Source: Sphyrna mokarran
Taxonomy: Eukaryota
Reading direction: 5' to 3'
Length of the DNA stretch: 64,000 nt
NCBI GenBank assembly: GCA_024679065.1
Contig: JAGIQG010000016.1
Coordinates: 31,000,001 to 31,064,000, forward strand
A program made the translations under genes and the position numbers. The first letter of the stretch is position 1, and each line of letters opens with the position of its first letter. The notes under the pieces are model-generated. The model saw only the letters and a list, made by a program, of their open reading frames with translations, was not told where the DNA came from and ran no database searches. Positions 60,132 through 64,000 of the stretch are shown here, one piece after another.

Positions 60132-63100
60132 AAAATTTGTGATCTTTCTGATAGGGGATCTAAAACAGCAACTACTGGCCTTATTGAAGTCAATGGAATT
60201 TTGAATGGCTCACACATTTTATAACCTACATCCATCACGATAGGGATTATAAAATTCCACCTACTGAGTGGAAGAATAGCTTATCATTGAATCATACAGC
60301 AGAGAAGGAGGCCATTTGACCCATCATACAAACAGCAATCCAATTAGTTCCATCTTTTCACCATAACCCTTCATTTTTTTCTTTTTAAATTAATATCCAA
60401 TTTTCTTTAAAATCACCTAAATCCTCCCAGGCAATGCATTGCAGATAATAATAACAATTTGTTTCTGTTTCTTTTAAATTAATATATTTTTTGGAACTAG
60501 AAAATCATTCCCACTTCAAAAACGACTACAGCAATTCTTATTAAAGGTGATAAAAGACCTAAGTTCCTTACCTCCAGCATTACCCTAAAAAACACATCAT
60601 CTGCTTCCAGGATTTAATCAGTGAGTGGCTAGTTTATTGCTTTCTCTGCTCTTGGGAAACTCAGAATCACGTTGATTCAAGCTCTACAAATACCGAAGTA
60701 TTATTCATTATTCACTGAAAATAAATATTGTATACAATGAAAGGAACAGAACTAACAGATGGAAACTTTGAAGGGGACTTGGAAGTGACCACAAATTTTC
60801 AACGGTGGGACAATATGGAGAAGTAATTTGAAGAGAAAATAGAAGATTGAATTTTCCCGTACTGTCATGGGAATCGTAGCAGGTGGGACACAAACTCTTC
60901 CAAGGGTTCATTGACCTTAGGTGAGATTTCCTAGACTTAGGGGAAGCATGGCCAAAAAATCCCATCCTGAATGTTTAGAGTACAATTCCTTGGTTGAACA
61001 AAATTGCAGTAGGACCAGACAATCTAACCCTTATCTGACAGAATTTGCCTGGATGTCCCTCCTTTAACATGAGGAATAGCTTTGAAGCAGCAATCTCACA
61101 GCTGTATCACTCTCCAACACCAATGAAGGGAAGGGAAGGAAATCCAATGTCATTACAGAAATGAAACTGTGTTGCAGCTTAAATCGTCCATTGGCAACCA
61201 AACATTAAGAGAACAGAAACAAAGCAAGAGTGCTATCTGAATGTTGACCAGTATTGCAAGTATTTTCCATAGCCAGGGCACAGGTTCTCAGATCCTACTT
61301 TGAAGGTGTCATTGACAGAGATAAATGCAAGGCCATTTGCTACTATCAATGACATCTTTCAGTTCTATAACATCTGTAATTTAATAAAGCGTTCTGAGAC
61401 ATTTCGTTGGAGCGCATTATAAAGTTTGACACTGAGTCACTTGAGACAAAAGCTTGAACAAAGAGCTAGGTTTCCATCAGCATCTTGAAGGAGAAGAAAG
61501 TGAGGTGGACAGGAAGAGAAGGAATTCCAAGGCATAGGGCCTAGTTGTCTGAAAAGTAATCATCAGTGTGCATCAGAGGCCAGCATTGGAAAAGTGCAGA
61601 TAACCTGGAGGGCTCTCAGAGGTTATGAGTGAGGGAGACGAGGAAATGGAATAAGGGAAAGAAAAGAACAGATGATAGAGCAGGCTGAAAAAGTGATGGT
61701 TGTGGTAACTAGCCTATAAATCATATACATCACTGAAGACAATTTGCTAAGGTTGGGTAAGGCTTATTAGCAAACAGGAAGCCAAGAAGTTCTTGTAAAC
61801 ATTTTTTCTATGTTCTATGTTCAATCGTGCTGAAATTGTTACTCACCCCATCTCCATGTATACACTGTCAATTAAAAGAAGTGTGAATTACTATAAACCT
61901 GACAGCTCACTATCCTTCCTTCTCCCAATCTGTCATCCCTTTCACTCCATTCTACAACCTGATTATTTAAGTGAAAAATGGTGTGATGTCTGCACAGCAT
62001 CCATCTGGAAACTTGATATAATGGGAGGCCAGCAGACTCTGGTGTGAAATTGAATTTCAAATTCATCAGCAAACTTTATTTTCTTTCCAAAACAACTTGT
62101 TAAACAAAATCAATATTACAGGTGAAGAATGCAGTCATTAAATGGACACAAAGAGGAAGCTCTACTGAATCTGGACAAACACACAAGAAAGGCAGTTCAT
62201 GAGAGAGGAGGACAGCTGTCAGTTTAAGATTTCGAGTTGGATGACTGACTCCCGAGAGTGATGACAGTTTTCAGATACTCTAATTTTTGGAAAGGTGAGC
62301 TGTGACTGCTCAATTACTTTGGAATTATAAATATGAATTTATAAATAAACCTTTTGTGTTTCTCACAGATGCTGGATTTTTAGATGATGAGGGATCGTGA
62401 ATAGCCTGCAGTTCTACTTTATTAATTCTACACATGATTCTGCTCAAGAACCACAGTTCCCAATGGGCCTCAGCGTCTCTGCAGTGTCCCTGCAAAGATT
62501 GCACTCGCACAGATCGATTTTTTTGCTTTTTCAGCTTCTTCACCGACTGGAGATAGGTCGCATATGCGCATGTACATAGTTTATCCCTTTTATGTTTTTA
62601 TTAGATCAAGAGCGAGCCCTGTGCCTGTGCAGAAGGGCAAACACAAACCAAATAGAGTTAAAAGGAGACCAGAAAAGAATGCCATTCTGTGTAATGAAGA
62701 AATTAGACATGGAAATAGACAGAGAGAAATTCCCAATCCAGAAAAGAAAGTCCCAAAACCAAGGAGAGGGAGAGGAAAAAGGTCCAAGATGATGGATAAT
62801 TCAAAGAATGAAGACAAAATCTGGAAATGGTCCTGTTCAGTGAAAACAAGGAGCAGTAGGAAATGCTCCAAATTCAAGAGCAAAGCCTACATGGATTAGG
62901 ATCAAGGCAAAGTAAACTTGCAAGAAGTCAGGGGATTTGGGAGACAGTCAAAGGCTGGAGATCACCTATTATGGGTCTGTGAAGCAAAGGTGTTTGGTGG
63001 TATGTCTGTATATCTGAGAATGTGTGGAAAGCAAAACTTGGATGTATTTGGCGATTGAAGTAAGAGGATCATCAGAAAGATCAAAATTCTGGAGGTGGAT

Positions 63101-63349
63101 CCTTGTTGAAAACATCTGTGAGAAAGCAAGTCTGGAGCTGTTTGTACAACCTACATTTTATTTGAAGCTTTATGATCCATTAAGTATTTCAGGAAAATGG
63201 GGGGAGAAAAGTAAAAGAAACTGCCTTTTCTCAGTCACAAGGGATTGTGTACAGACCTATAGACTTACAGCGACCCAGAAGAAAGCAGAGTTGAACTTAC
63301 CAACAATAACTCAAATTGCTGCACCTCAATTCACATTTAATGAATGCAT

Positions 63350-64000
63350 GATGTAGTATATATGGACTTTAGTAAGGCGTTTGATAAGGTGGCCCATGGA
63401 AGACTTCTACAGAAAATGCAGATGTGTGGAATAGAGGGTGATTTAGCTAATTGGATTAGGAATTGGCTGGCAGATAGAAGACAGAGGGTGGTGGTTGATG
63501 GGAGATATTCATCGTGGAGTTCGGTGACAAGTGGTGTGCCTCAGGGGTCTGTTTTGGGGCCCCTGCTGTTTGTAATTTTTATAAATGATCTGGATGAGGG
63601 TATTGAGGGATGGATCAGTAAATTTGCAGATGACACTAAAGTCGGTGGAGTGGTAGATAGTGAAGAGGGGTGTTATAGTTTACAGAGTGACTTGGACAAG
63701 TTGCAGAGCTGGGCCGAGAGGTGGCAAATGGAGTTTAATGTGGAAAAGTGTGAGGTAATGCACTTTGGCAGGAACAATAAATGTGTAGAGTATAGGGCTA
63801 ATGGTAGGGCTCTTAATAGTGTTGAGGAACAGAAGGATCTTGGTGTATGTGTCAATAGATCCCTGAAAGTAGGCAGTCAAGTGGATAAAGTTGTTAAGAA
63901 GGCATATGGAGTCTTAGCTTTTATTGGTAGGGGGATTGAATTTAGGAGCCGCAGCATCATGTTGCAACTGTACAAAACTCTAGTGCGGCCGCACTTGGAG
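63350..64000 (+). mobile_element. Young 5'-truncated CR1 LINE with an uninterrupted RT reading frame, running off the window
   Basis: 217 stop-free codons by manual translation: DVVYMDFSKAFDKVAHGRLL...VTSGVPQGSVLGPLLFVIFINDLD...SKFADDTK...WQMEFNVEKCEVMHFG...LYKTLVRPHLE. Not in the ORF track because there is no stop in the window. Confidence 0.95.

Noticed and set aside
62564-62899. Lys/Arg-rich 111-aa ORF and its hydrophobic antisense ORF
   Set aside because: Low-complexity purine-rich DNA open in several frames; no recognisable domain.

Overview
Repeat-rich vertebrate DNA, most likely from a shark (inferred from HE1/V-SINE-type SINEs and HER1/CR1-type LINE tails), and probably intronic or intergenic. 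I could not identify any host protein-coding exon with confidence; most ORF-track entries are transposon fragments or chance ORFs. Contents: many 5'-truncated CR1 LINEs, one with an uninterrupted RT frame running off the right edge; Rex1/Babar LINE 3' ends; several tRNA-derived SINE families; PIF/Harbinger-like non-autonomous elements; a decayed Gypsy gag; a miniature LTR element; and several Penelope-like element (PLE) families. The most notable signals are (i) near-perfect PLE-derived palindromes carrying a minimal type I hammerhead ribozyme motif on both strands, with stem II changing sequence between copies while keeping its pairing, (ii) a CpG-rich, G-U-rich three-way-junction RNA structure inside an unusually extended CR1 3' end, and (iii) a TRIM-like LTR-PBS-PPT-LTR unit. 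All family names come from motif recognition by eye, not database searches. Boundaries of degraded elements are approximate.
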